From the NCBI GenBank assembly GCA_963674595.2, contig CAXXFV010000022.1:1-64000 (forward strand): a stretch of 64,000 nucleotides of DNA, in the 5' to 3' direction. Position numbers and translations under genes: made by a program. A model generated the notes under the pieces. It searched no databases, was not told the DNA's origin, and was given only the letters and a program-made list of their open reading frames with translations. Of this stretch, positions 20,707-30,045 are shown piece by piece. How positions within the stretch are numbered: position 1 is the stretch's first letter; the number at the start of each line of letters is the position of its first letter. This DNA is from a bacterium (GTDB lineage: Bacteria > Zhuqueibacterota > Zhuqueibacteria > Residuimicrobiales > Krinioviventaceae).

Positions 20707-22560
20707 TTAACAGAGCGGATAGTTCATATATATGCTTGTGCGGCCTGTTTCACCTTTTAGAAAAGCGAGCGCTGTTTTTGAAATTCGGACTATTCTTTCA
20801 TCAATATCCGGTTCGGATAACAGTTTTTCTATGGGTTTTATGGAATTTGGGTCTCCGATTCTTGCCAGAGCACTGACAACTCTGCACTTGCCTTCCTGTT
20901 TTTGTTTATCAAGCAATTTGATGAGTTTTTGTGTTGCCTTGTTTCCATAGTTACATATTGCGTTTTCCGCACTCAGGCGAACACTCCATGATATATCAAA
21001 CAATTTTTCCAGCAAAGGTTCAAACGCCCTGTCGTCTGTAAAGTCACCCAGAATACGTGTGGCTTCCAGACGAATGTTGCTGACTTTGTCATCAAGTACA
21101 AACAAAGCTGTGCTGAACAATTTTTCTGAACCGATTGACAATTCCCGAAGGATCCTTAATGCCTCAATCCGAACTTCGTGAATTGGATCTGTTTTGGCCA
21201 TTTGTATGAGTTCATCGATTGTTTCAGTCCCTTTCAGATTACCGATGGCCCTTATGGCTTCATATCTGACATGTGGTGAAAAGTCTTTCAGGGATATTTT
21301 AATTTTTTCTATGATACTTTTATCCGCAACGTTACCGATAACCTGCAGGGCCCCGCATCTGCCCCAGGCTGCACAACCTATTTTTACAAGAGATTCCTGC
21401 GCCGTAATAGCAATCTCTGCCTGTGAATCGGACAAAAGTTCTTTAAGAATAGTTGTCGCACGATAATCTTCCAGATCACCCAATGCTTTAATAACGCGCA
21501 GTTTGCCGACAATACCGTTTTTTTGAGATGCTTCTTTTAACAGGTCTTGTGTCTCAGAGTGTGCGCTGTAAAGTTGTTCAATAAGAGGCGTAATAACAAC
21601 AGGACCGAATTGTGATAGCGCCAGCACTGTTTCAGACCTTACAATATGGTAACTGCTTTTAAGATGCTCTATCAGTATGGGAATACTGTTGTTGTCTTTT
21701 AATTTTCCAAGAGCATTTATTATAGAAGTCCTGACAGTTTTGTCCAATGCGTGTGAAAGTTCGCTTTGCAGGGGTTCAAAAGCTTGTTTCCCGAATTGTA
21801 CAATCGCGTTAATAAGCGCCTGACGCACCTCATCATTTTGGTCTGTAAGATGCTGTATCAAATATTTTAGTGTTGAAGCATCCTTTATTTTTCCGAGAGC
21901 AAGTGCAGCTTCTTTTCTTACAACTCTTTGCGGATCGTTTAAAGCATCGATGAGAAGCGGCAGGGCACGTTGGTCAAGTGTCTCTCCCAGAATATATATA
22001 ATGTTTTTGCGAATTTGTTCGTGAATGTTTTTCATGGTATCCATCAGCAGAGATGAACAGGCAAATTCTATATTAATCAGTCCTTCAACAGCAATTTTGG
22101 TTATCACAGGTTCGTCAATACTTAACATCCGGATTAAAATTCGGGCCAGTGACGGGTCCTGCCTTTTTACGATTTCCTGGGTTTTATCAATAAGGATTGA
22201 GATCACTTCATTGCGTATAAGCCATTCTTCATCATCAACCAAGGGTACTATTGTATCAATAACATGTATGTCACCGAGTTTACCTAGGGCCCGAACGGTC
22301 GCCCAACGCATATTCAGTTCTTTGGATTGTAAATATCTCGGTTTTGCTAACAGACTTACAGCACGAGGGTCGCCAAGACGTGAGAGGGCAATTATAGCGG
22401 AATGACGCACTTCACTGACAGGATCATCAAGTGCGCTGGTGAATAGTGAAAATAGTTTCGCATCCGAATAATGGCTTAATTCAATTATTGAGAGCCGGCG
22501 TTTTTCCCATTTTTCACTATTGCGAGCTTTATCGACCAGAGATTGAGGATAGCTTGACAT
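20707..22560 (-). CDS. HEAT-repeat (PBS lyase-like) protein
   Basis: Many L.D....VR..A..ALG.LGD..A repeats over 617 aa. Confidence 0.9.
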   Translation of the reverse strand: MSSYPQSLVDKARNSEKWEKRRLSIIELSHYSDAKLFSLFTSALDDPVSEVRHSAIIALSRLGDPRAVSLLAKPRYLQSKELNMRWATVRALGKLGDIHVIDTIVPLVDDEEWLIRNEVISILIDKTQEIVKRQDPSLARILIRMLSIDEPVITKIAVEGLINIEFACSSLLMDTMKNIHEQIRKNIIYILGETLDQRALPLLIDALNDPQRVVRKEAALALGKIKDASTLKYLIQHLTDQNDEVRQALINAIVQFGKQAFEPLQSELSHALDKTVRTSIINALGKLKDNNSIPILIEHLKSSYHIVRSETVLALSQFGPVVITPLIEQLYSAHSETQDLLKEASQKNGIVGKLRVIKALGDLEDYRATTILKELLSDSQAEIAITAQESLVKIGCAAWGRCGALQVIGNVADKSIIEKIKISLKDFSPHVRYEAIRAIGNLKGTETIDELIQMAKTDPIHEVRIEALRILRELSIGSEKLFSTALFVLDDKVSNIRLEATRILGDFTDDRAFEPLLEKLFDISWSVRLSAENAICNYGNKATQKLIKLLDKQKQEGKCRVVSALARIGDPNSIKPIEKLLSEPDIDERIVRISKTALAFLKGETGRTSIYMNYPLC

Positions 22561-22669
22561 AATATGTTCTCCAGGTAAGCTTGTATATAATCAATCAAAT
22601 TTAATCGAAAAATAATAACAGACATAGAATATAATAAAAGGAACCCGGATGTTCAGATTCCTTTTAGCA

Positions 22670-23167
22670 TTATCTGATTTCTATATAACCTCTGCATATT
22701 TTTTGAGGATCAAATGCGGTTATCTCATAAGTACAGTCCCGTTCTGCCAGCATTTTTACAGCAGCCCGGAAACACCCGATACGAGCGCATGTCAGGTCCT
22801 TGAGTGATATTCCATCCTGAAGTAAGGCTTCACATATTTTTCGATAAGGACATAGATGTATTGTCAATTCGAGACGATTAGGATTTATATCGTGTAATTC
22901 GAACTGACTAGAGTCCTGAAAAAGACCTCCAATAACACCGATACGGATGTATTCTTCAACAGCTTCTTTTATTGTTGATGTTTTTTTTGCCGGAACACCA
23001 AATTCATTTTCCAGCGTTTTGATGTAATTGGTTGTGGCATGTTCATAAGCACGTTCGCAGAATGACCGTGGGCGTCTTCCCTGAAAATCGCGCGCTGTTT
23101 CTTCAAGCGCTTTCAACCAAACCAAAGCAACAATCCAGCCGCTGTCCTCTTTTTGTATGTTATCCAT
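22670..23167 (-). CDS. V4R/MetOD1-like Cys-rich small-ligand-binding protein
   Basis: LELTIHLCPY...C...TCARIGCF...C...C pattern typical of the V4R/ATC-hydrolase-like fold. Confidence 0.55.
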   Translation of the reverse strand: MDNIQKEDSGWIVALVWLKALEETARDFQGRRPRSFCERAYEHATTNYIKTLENEFGVPAKKTSTIKEAVEEYIRIGVIGGLFQDSSQFELHDINPNRLELTIHLCPYRKICEALLQDGISLKDLTCARIGCFRAAVKMLAERDCTYEITAFDPQKICRGYIEIR

Positions 23168-23186
23168 TACAACCTCATGGTAGAGT

Positions 23187-24629
23187 TTATTGGTTCATTT
23201 TGGCAATTTCAGATTTTTTCTTTTCTGAAACCGTATCCAATCCCAATAATTCTGTTTCACGTTTAACAACTTGAACAGGAACTTTTTTACCTGTCTTTTT
23301 TTCAAGCTTTTCTGCTAATTCAAATATGGTGATATGAGGATTTTTTACCCAAATCGATAAAAGTTCTGCTTTATCATCGCTGGAGAGTTTCGATAGTTCT
23401 TTGGATAAAGTTTCATCAGAAACCGGTTTATCAATTTCCTGCTGCAGTGATTGTAAGATAGTTTTTGTGTCTCTTGCTATAGCCAGCTCTTCATTGGTTG
23501 GAACAACAAGTACTTTGACCTTACCGGTACCGATATCAAACTCATTATTACTGTTTTTGTCACAATCAATGTCAATACCAAACTTTTCCATGTTTTGCAA
23601 AGTGCTTTTACGAACTCCGGCAGATTTTTCACCGATTCCCGCTGTGAAAACGAGTATGTCCAGGCCACCAAGAATGGCCATATAAGAACCAATATATTTT
23701 TTGAGACGGTGACAAAAAATGTCATGCGCTAATTGATGTTGTGCACTTCCTTTTGAAGCTTCCATTTCAATTTCGCGAAAATCATTTGTTGTTTCCGTTA
23801 AACCAAGCATACCGCTGTTTTTATTTAATAACGTGTCTACCTGATTTAATGTTAAATTTTCCAATCCTGCAATATAGGGAATGAGGGCCGGATCAATATC
23901 TCCACAACGGGTTCCCATTGCCAGACCTTCCAATGGTGTAAAACCCATACTGGTTTCCACACATTGACCGTTGTCTATAGCTGCGACACTGGCGCCATTT
24001 CCAAGGTGACAGGTAATAATTTTTAAATCTTCAATCGGCTTACCGACATATTCAGCAGCTTTTTTTGCAACAAATGCGTGTGAAGTCCCATGGAAACCGT
24101 ATCTTCTGATTTTATGTTTACGGTAAAGGGCCATCGGAAGTGCATACATGTATGCTTTTTCAGGTAAGGTGTGATGAAAAGCTGTGTCAAAAACTCCAAC
24201 CTGGGGGATTCCCGGCAGGAGCTGTTCGCATACTTCAATCCCTTTGAGATTGTGGGGATTATGTAAAGGTGCAAACTGAATACATTCTTTAACACCCTGT
24301 TTAACCTGTTCTGTGATTAATACAGAGTTTATAAATTTTTCTCCGCCGTGAACGAGTCTGTGACCAATTCCGGCAATATCGGCTTTATCTTTGATGACCC
24401 CATTTTCCGGGTGCATTAATGTGGATAATACCAGGCTGATAGCTACATCGTGATTCAATATTTCGCGCGTTTGAACTAAACTGTCTTTATCTTTGGGCTT
24501 GTATGTTAGGATCGCTTCACTTGATCCTATTTTTTCCACAACACCTTTTGCAAGAACAGCTTCTTTTGTCATCTCAATAAGCTGGAATTTGAGGGATGAA
24601 CTACCACAATTTAGAACAAGGATTAACAT
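23187..24629 (-). CDS. ackA: Acetate kinase with a ~85 aa C-terminal HTH-like extension
   Basis: LNCGSSSLK, GHRLVHGG, APLHNP, FDTAFH, RRYGFHGTSH, HLGNGAS, TPLEG, TNEEL. Confidence 0.95.
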   Translation of the reverse strand: MLILVLNCGSSSLKFQLIEMTKEAVLAKGVVEKIGSSEAILTYKPKDKDSLVQTREILNHDVAISLVLSTLMHPENGVIKDKADIAGIGHRLVHGGEKFINSVLITEQVKQGVKECIQFAPLHNPHNLKGIEVCEQLLPGIPQVGVFDTAFHHTLPEKAYMYALPMALYRKHKIRRYGFHGTSHAFVAKKAAEYVGKPIEDLKIITCHLGNGASVAAIDNGQCVETSMGFTPLEGLAMGTRCGDIDPALIPYIAGLENLTLNQVDTLLNKNSGMLGLTETTNDFREIEMEASKGSAQHQLAHDIFCHRLKKYIGSYMAILGGLDILVFTAGIGEKSAGVRKSTLQNMEKFGIDIDCDKNSNNEFDIGTGKVKVLVVPTNEELAIARDTKTILQSLQQEIDKPVSDETLSKELSKLSSDDKAELLSIWVKNPHITIFELAEKLEKKTGKKVPVQVVKRETELLGLDTVSEKKKSEIAKMNQ

Positions 24630-24825
24630 GAACCTCGTCTCCTTTAAATAAAAATTGTTGAGTTGTTTGGAAAGTAAAATATATTTTAAAAATTAAATAA
24701 AAATTTATTATCCTGTACTTTTACATAAATTTTTATTTATAAAGTTAGTATTTTTCTTGAAAATATCAAGCAAAGTTTTTCTTTAACCCTCAATTTTTGC
24801 TTAGTTTGAATCGAATTCATCGGGT

Positions 24826-24883
24826 GTCCCATTTGTGGGACGGTTGTGCTGATTATTTAACAAATTGGTGTCAAAATAATGAC
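24826..24883 (+). promoter_or_regulatory. Putative enhancer-binding-protein upstream activator sites
   Basis: Palindromes GTCCCA-TTTG-TGGGAC and GTCA-N6-TGAC, 50-110 bp upstream of a sigma54 promoter. Confidence 0.45.
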
Positions 24884-24932
24884 TCAAATGTTATAAATTA
24901 GACGATTATGACGCCAAAAATAGACAGTTTTG

Positions 24933-24948
24933 TGGCCCTATATTTGCT
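24933..24948 (+). promoter_or_regulatory. Sigma54 (-24/-12) promoter
   Basis: TGGCCC-TATAT-TTGCT with exact GG-N10-GC spacing, upstream of the Hpt gene. Confidence 0.65.
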
Positions 24949-24994
24949 TAATGATTTGAAAATAAACTTAAATATCATGAATTCGGAGGAAATA

Positions 24995-25357
24995 ATGGAT
25001 CATGAAATAGAATACACAGAAATGGTATTTAACAAGGAAGAAGCTCTGGATCGGGTTGATGGTGATTTTGAATTATTTGTTGATATAATTTCAATTTTTG
25101 TTCAAGATACACCGGAAAAAATGGCACAAATTGAAAAGGAATTGCAACAGCAGGATGCTGAATCGTTAAAACGTACTGCCCATAGCCTTAAAGGCAGTAT
25201 TGGCGTATTTTGTGCTGACAGTGCCTATAGCGCTGCCCTTAAATTGGAAAGTGATGCAAGAGAAGGCGATTGGGAAAAAATTTCCACATCCTATAAACAA
25301 CTAGATGCTGAAGTAAAAAAGTTATCTGATAAATTAGTAGAGTTTGCTGAAGGATAG
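24995..25357 (+). CDS. Stand-alone Hpt (histidine phosphotransfer) protein
   Basis: AHSLKGS motif; start moved to 24995 on the basis of RBS GGAGG. Confidence 0.9.
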   Translation: MDHEIEYTEMVFNKEEALDRVDGDFELFVDIISIFVQDTPEKMAQIEKELQQQDAESLKRTAHSLKGSIGVFCADSAYSAALKLESDAREGDWEKISTSYKQLDAEVKKLSDKLVEFAEG

Positions 25358-25363
25358 GATCGT

Positions 25364-26023
25364 ATGGAAATATTATTGGCAGAAGATGAGATTGTATCTC
25401 GTCGGATATTAGAAGTAATGTTAAAAAAATGGGGGTATAATGTTGTCATTGCAACGGACGGCGCCGAAGCCTGGGACATATTACAAAAGGATAACGCACC
25501 GCGTATAGCAATTCTCGATTGGATGATGCCCAAAATGGATGGGTTGGATGTCTGTAAACTTTTGCGTGAAAGCGACAAAAAAGAATATACCTATATTATT
25601 ATTTTAACGGCAAAAGACAAAAAGGAAGATATTGTCGCTGCATTGGATGCAGGGGCCGATGATTTTGTTAATAAACCATTTGATCGGGCAGAACTGGAAA
25701 GCCGTATCAAAGTCGGTACACGGGTTGTGAATCTTGAAAATGCCTTGTCTAATAAAATTAATGATTTACAGAACGCTTTAAATCATGTCAAGCAATTGCA
25801 GGGATTGCTGCCTATGTGTTCCTATTGTAAAAAAGTAAGAGACGATAAAAATTACTGGCATCAGGTGGAAGAATATATAACGGTCCATGCCGATGCCAAA
25901 GTAAGTCATGGTGTGTGTCCGGATTGTTATGATAGGATTGTTAAACCTGAAATTGAAGCATTGAAAAAGGAGCGTCAAAAACAGCGAGAGCTGGAAGCCA
26001 ACTCATCGGCTAAAGATGTTTAA
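25364..26023 (+). CDS. Response regulator (REC) with C-terminal CxxC...SHG.CPxC domain
   Basis: LLAEDE, LDWMMPKMDG, LTA, GADDFVNKP; tail LPMCSYCKK...SHGVCPDC. Confidence 0.9.
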   Translation: MEILLAEDEIVSRRILEVMLKKWGYNVVIATDGAEAWDILQKDNAPRIAILDWMMPKMDGLDVCKLLRESDKKEYTYIIILTAKDKKEDIVAALDAGADDFVNKPFDRAELESRIKVGTRVVNLENALSNKINDLQNALNHVKQLQGLLPMCSYCKKVRDDKNYWHQVEEYITVHADAKVSHGVCPDCYDRIVKPEIEALKKERQKQRELEANSSAKDV

Positions 26024-26471
26024 ACCTCATGTCCTGCAATTAGCTGACCTCTATTTTTTTTAAAGATTAACCATTCACCTGCCTCTTCGTTCACCTTTTA
26101 ACATATTAATATTATAATATAAAAGAATGCAGAAAACCGGTAACACTGATTTTTCATTTTTCAAAGGCTATCGGTTTTTGCTGATTTTTTTTATTCGGCT
26201 GTGAGAAATTTTATGAATCCGATCCGGCTGACGCTCGTAAAATTATCTAATGATTTGACTTTTTCCCTGTTTGTAAAAAAGAAAAGTTTAACAAACAAAT
26301 ATTGGACTTGACAAATTGCCCGGCTTTTTCATATTTTTAAAAAGTTGGTTTTCTCAGTTTATTTCTAAAAAAGATCATGATTTTCGGGTTGATTCTTTTG
26401 AATTGAATTATATTTTATTAATATTGATATCTGGACAAGAAAAATTTCAGGATTGGTGAAGGAACAGATAT

Positions 26472-27444
26472 ATGGATCGAATTATAATTGGTATACACGG
26501 TTTGGGCAATAAACCAACGTGTAGATTGCTGAAAAAATGGTGGATAAATTCTATTCAGGAAGGTCTTCACCGAATCGACCGTCCGCATCTTTCGTTCAAA
26601 TTTAAAATGGTATACTGGGCTGACATTTTACACCCCCAACCACTCGATCAAACGGTTCAGGACAAAAAACATCCATTGTATATGGATACTCCCTATGTGC
26701 CGTCAAAAGATTTTTACCAGGAAACACCCAATAAAATTCGCAGAAAAATCCTGGATTATGTTGAAAAAACAGATGGATAAAATATTTTTAAACGATGATC
26801 TTTCCATAAATTTTTCTTCCATTTCAGACTATATTATTCACCACTTTTTTAAAGATCTGGAGGCTTATTATACTCCTTTTTATGTTCATCATAATTCGGA
26901 AAAGGTTTTGGCTAAAGAGCTGATACAGCAGCGGTTGAGCAATATTTTATCAAAATATCGTAATAAACGCATTTTATTGATTGCCCATTCCATGGGTTCT
27001 ATTGTAGCTTATGATATTCTTTCACAATTACCGGATGATCATAATATAGATACGTTTATTACCATCGGTTCTCCTTTGGGTATTCCTGTGATATTGAGCA
27101 GACTGGCGGCTGAACACGGTTTGGACGCTGAAAAACGTCTCAAAACTCCTGAAGCCATTACAAACGGCTGGTATAATTTTTCGGATTTGAATGATCGGGT
27201 TGCTTTTAACTATACTCTAGGTGATGATTATAAAAAAAATTCAAAGGGAGTTGCACCGGTTGATCAGGTTGTTTATAATAATTATAAATACGGGGATGAA
27301 AAAAATCCTCACAAAGCCTATGGCTATCTTCGTACGGAACAGGTTGCCGAAACAATTGTCAATTTTTTAACTACAGACCGGAATCCTGTATTTGTACGCC
27401 TCGGGGAAAAATTGGAATCTATTAAAAAGAGATTTGGATTTTAG
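26472..27444 (+). pseudogene. Alpha/beta hydrolase, split by a frameshift in the A6 run at 26764-26769
   Basis: IGIHGLG, YWAD, AHSMGS nucleophile elbow, TIGSPLG, D and H near the C-terminus; removing one A joins the two ORFs. Confidence 0.75.
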
Positions 27445-27485
27445 TTTAAGATTTATTTCAGGGGTTATACTTTTTTAAAAATGTC

Positions 27486-27570
27486 TTGACATTTACATTA
27501 CGATTTTATATTTTTTATACGATTTATATATAATTGTAACAAAATCGTATATTTTTCGTATGATCGTATA
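27486..27570 (+). promoter_or_regulatory. Promoter with repeated TACGAT/ATCGTA operator-like half-sites
   Basis: TTGACA at 27486; TACGATTT at 27499 and 27518; inverted ATCGTA copies at about 27544 and 27563, upstream of tetR. Confidence 0.5.
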
Positions 27571-27580
27571 AAGGAATTAA

Positions 27581-28165
27581 GTGATTACAGATAAAAAAAA
27601 TCGTAAAAAGGAACAGATTTACAACACAGCCAGGCATTTGTTTATGAAATTCGGTATTCGCCGGGTTTCTGTTGAGGAAATTTGCCGGGAAGCCAATGTC
27701 AGTAAAATGACATTTTACAAGTATTTTCCCAATAAAATTGAGTTGGCCAAATATGTATTCAAGGTGATGACTGATAAGGCAATGCAAAAGTACAAAGATA
27801 TTGTTCACAGTCAAATTTCATATAATGAAAAGGTGGAGCGGTTTGTTCAATTAAAAATACGAGAGTCTAAAGATATAAGTTCAGAGTTTTTTCACGATAT
27901 TCATCAATTTGACGACCCGGATTTAAGGAGCTTTATTCAAAATTCCATAAAGCAAAATATAGATATTATACTGGATGATTTTATTAATGCTCAGAAAAAT
28001 GGTGAACTTCGGCATGACATTAAACCCGAATTTATTTTGTATTTTTTTAATTTAATCCTGGATATTGCCAAGGATGAGCGGCTGGTCAAGATGTATGATT
28101 CTCCTAAAGAGCTTATCAGTGAAATGACAAAGTTTATGTTCTATGGTATTTTACCGAGACCGTAA
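27581..28165 (+). CDS. TetR/AcrR family regulator
   Basis: HTH motif VSVEEICREANVSKMTFYKYFPNK. Confidence 0.9.
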   Translation: MITDKKNRKKEQIYNTARHLFMKFGIRRVSVEEICREANVSKMTFYKYFPNKIELAKYVFKVMTDKAMQKYKDIVHSQISYNEKVERFVQLKIRESKDISSEFFHDIHQFDDPDLRSFIQNSIKQNIDIILDDFINAQKNGELRHDIKPEFILYFFNLILDIAKDERLVKMYDSPKELISEMTKFMFYGILPRP

Positions 28166-28166
28166 T

Positions 28167-29297
28167 ATGAAATATTTTGTTCCATATATTTTTTTGATAC
28201 TGGTTTGGGATGTTACATGTTCCTATTCAGTTGATTTGGGTGTGAGGGGGCAGGTTTCAGGATGGTCCCTGAATAATACGGAAAAAGTTGATAAACCAAC
28301 GATAGGTATCCGTTATATTCCTGAAATATCCATGCAAACCAACGTTCGTTCCAGTTCGCTGGATGTTTTGTTTTCAACGAATATAAATGCTTTTAAAGAG
28401 TTTAGCGACCCTGAAAATGATGATTTTAATACCGAGCTTTACCGTGCCTGGGGACGGTTTTCAACGTCGCAGTTTGAATGCCGGCTTGGTTTGCAAAAGA
28501 TCAATTTCGGTTCTGCCACCATATTGCGACCGCTTATGTGGTTTGACCGCATTGATTCCCGAGATCCTTTACAGATAACCAACGGTGTGTATGGTTTGTT
28601 GTTTCGATATTATTTTTTAAATAATGCAAATATCTGGGCGTGGGTGCTGTATGGTAATGACGACCCTAAAGGTTGGGAGCTTTTGCCCACAGCAGAAGGT
28701 AAACCTGAAGTGGGTGGCCGGATACAGGTCCCTGTATTAACGGGAGAACTGGCTGCTACCTGGCACCATCGCAAAGCCGAATTGCCTGAAATAGTTGTAC
28801 CGTTATTTAATGTTAATTCTGAAATCCCGGAATATCGTTATGGTCTGGATGGAAAATGGGATGTGGGTGTCGGTCTGTGGTTTGAGACTTGTATCATTTA
28901 TCAGGACCATTTTTTGGATTCTCTGCAATATCGGCGTATGTCAAATTTTGGTCTTGATTATACAATAAACATCGGTACCGGTTTGACCCTGACAGCAGAA
29001 AAGTTTTCGCTCAATGTTGCCGATGTACCATTTTCAAGTAATATCAATTATGATTATTATGCCTTTTCTTTAAACTATCCCTATGGTTTGCTGGATAATT
29101 ATACCGGGCTGTTTTATCATGATTGTGAGCTTGACGAATGGTATCGTTTTGTTCGCTGGCAGCGCAGTTATGACCGATGGCAATTCCATTTGAATCTGTT
29201 TTGGAATCCTGAAACAACACAGCTTTACCAAAACCTTGGTCAGCAAAATTTATATTCCGGAAAGGGTTTTCAGTTTTTAATTGTGTTTAATCATTAA
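28167..29297 (+). CDS. Putative outer membrane beta-barrel protein
   Basis: Signal peptide, RLGLQKINFG motif, alternating beta strands, in the exporter operon. Confidence 0.6.
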   Translation: MKYFVPYIFLILVWDVTCSYSVDLGVRGQVSGWSLNNTEKVDKPTIGIRYIPEISMQTNVRSSSLDVLFSTNINAFKEFSDPENDDFNTELYRAWGRFSTSQFECRLGLQKINFGSATILRPLMWFDRIDSRDPLQITNGVYGLLFRYYFLNNANIWAWVLYGNDDPKGWELLPTAEGKPEVGGRIQVPVLTGELAATWHHRKAELPEIVVPLFNVNSEIPEYRYGLDGKWDVGVGLWFETCIIYQDHFLDSLQYRRMSNFGLDYTINIGTGLTLTAEKFSLNVADVPFSSNINYDYYAFSLNYPYGLLDNYTGLFYHDCELDEWYRFVRWQRSYDRWQFHLNLFWNPETTQLYQNLGQQNLYSGKGFQFLIVFNH

Positions 29298-29327
29298 ATG
29301 TTTTGTACAGTTTAATTGAGGTGTAGA

Positions 29328-30035
29328 ATGAATAATTCGCATATTATTTCTCTTATAGATCTGGTTAAAAAATTTCCCATCGGCGGCGGTGAATTTACCG
29401 CATTAAACGATATAAATTTGACTTTTAAAACAGGTGAGTTTACCGGACTTGTCGGTCCAAGCGGTTCGGGTAAAACAACACTGTTGAATATTATCGGTTC
29501 TCTGGACAAGCCTACGTCCGGACAGGCAATTGTTTTGGGAGAATCTATTGAAAAACTTTCCCACAAGAATGCAGCGGCACTGCGCAATCACAATATCGGT
29601 TTTATATTTCAAACCTATAATTTGCTGCCGGTCTATACGGTTTATGAAAATGTTGAATTTCCGTTATTGCTGCTAAATATGACGGCTGACAAACGTAAAA
29701 AGGCGGTTATGGATGCTTTGGACTGGGTTGGACTGACGGACAAAGTCCATTCCAGACCGTCCCAGCTTTCCGGCGGGCAAAGTCAGCGGGTTGCCATTGC
29801 CCGTGCTATGGTTAAAAAACCCAAGTTGGTCCTGGCCGACGAACCTACCGCAAACCTGGATGCTGAAAATTCGTTTCATATTCTGGAAACCATGGAAAAA
29901 TTAAATTCCCAGTTTGAAACCACTTTTATTTTTGCAACACACGATGATAAAGTCATTCGGTATTTAAAACGCAAGATTTCTCTTAAAGACGGTCACGTTG
30001 CAAAAGATGAAACTGTAAAAGCGCACGTTGACTGA
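29328..30035 (+). CDS. ABC transporter ATP-binding protein (LolD/MacB-like)
   Basis: Walker A GPSGSGKT, LSGGQ, ADEPTANLD. Confidence 0.95.
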   Translation: MNNSHIISLIDLVKKFPIGGGEFTALNDINLTFKTGEFTGLVGPSGSGKTTLLNIIGSLDKPTSGQAIVLGESIEKLSHKNAAALRNHNIGFIFQTYNLLPVYTVYENVEFPLLLLNMTADKRKKAVMDALDWVGLTDKVHSRPSQLSGGQSQRVAIARAMVKKPKLVLADEPTANLDAENSFHILETMEKLNSQFETTFIFATHDDKVIRYLKRKISLKDGHVAKDETVKAHVD

Positions 30036-30045
30036 GGAGGTTGTG

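Noticed and set aside
24908-24994. ORF-track start for the Hpt gene
   Set aside because: It overlaps the sigma54 promoter; RBS GGAGG supports ATG 24995
8990-26770. Programmed ribosomal frameshifting or stop-codon reassignment explaining the split genes
   Set aside because: The breaks need different shift directions, lack slippery heptamers with stimulators, and other genes end normally at TAA, TAG or TGA
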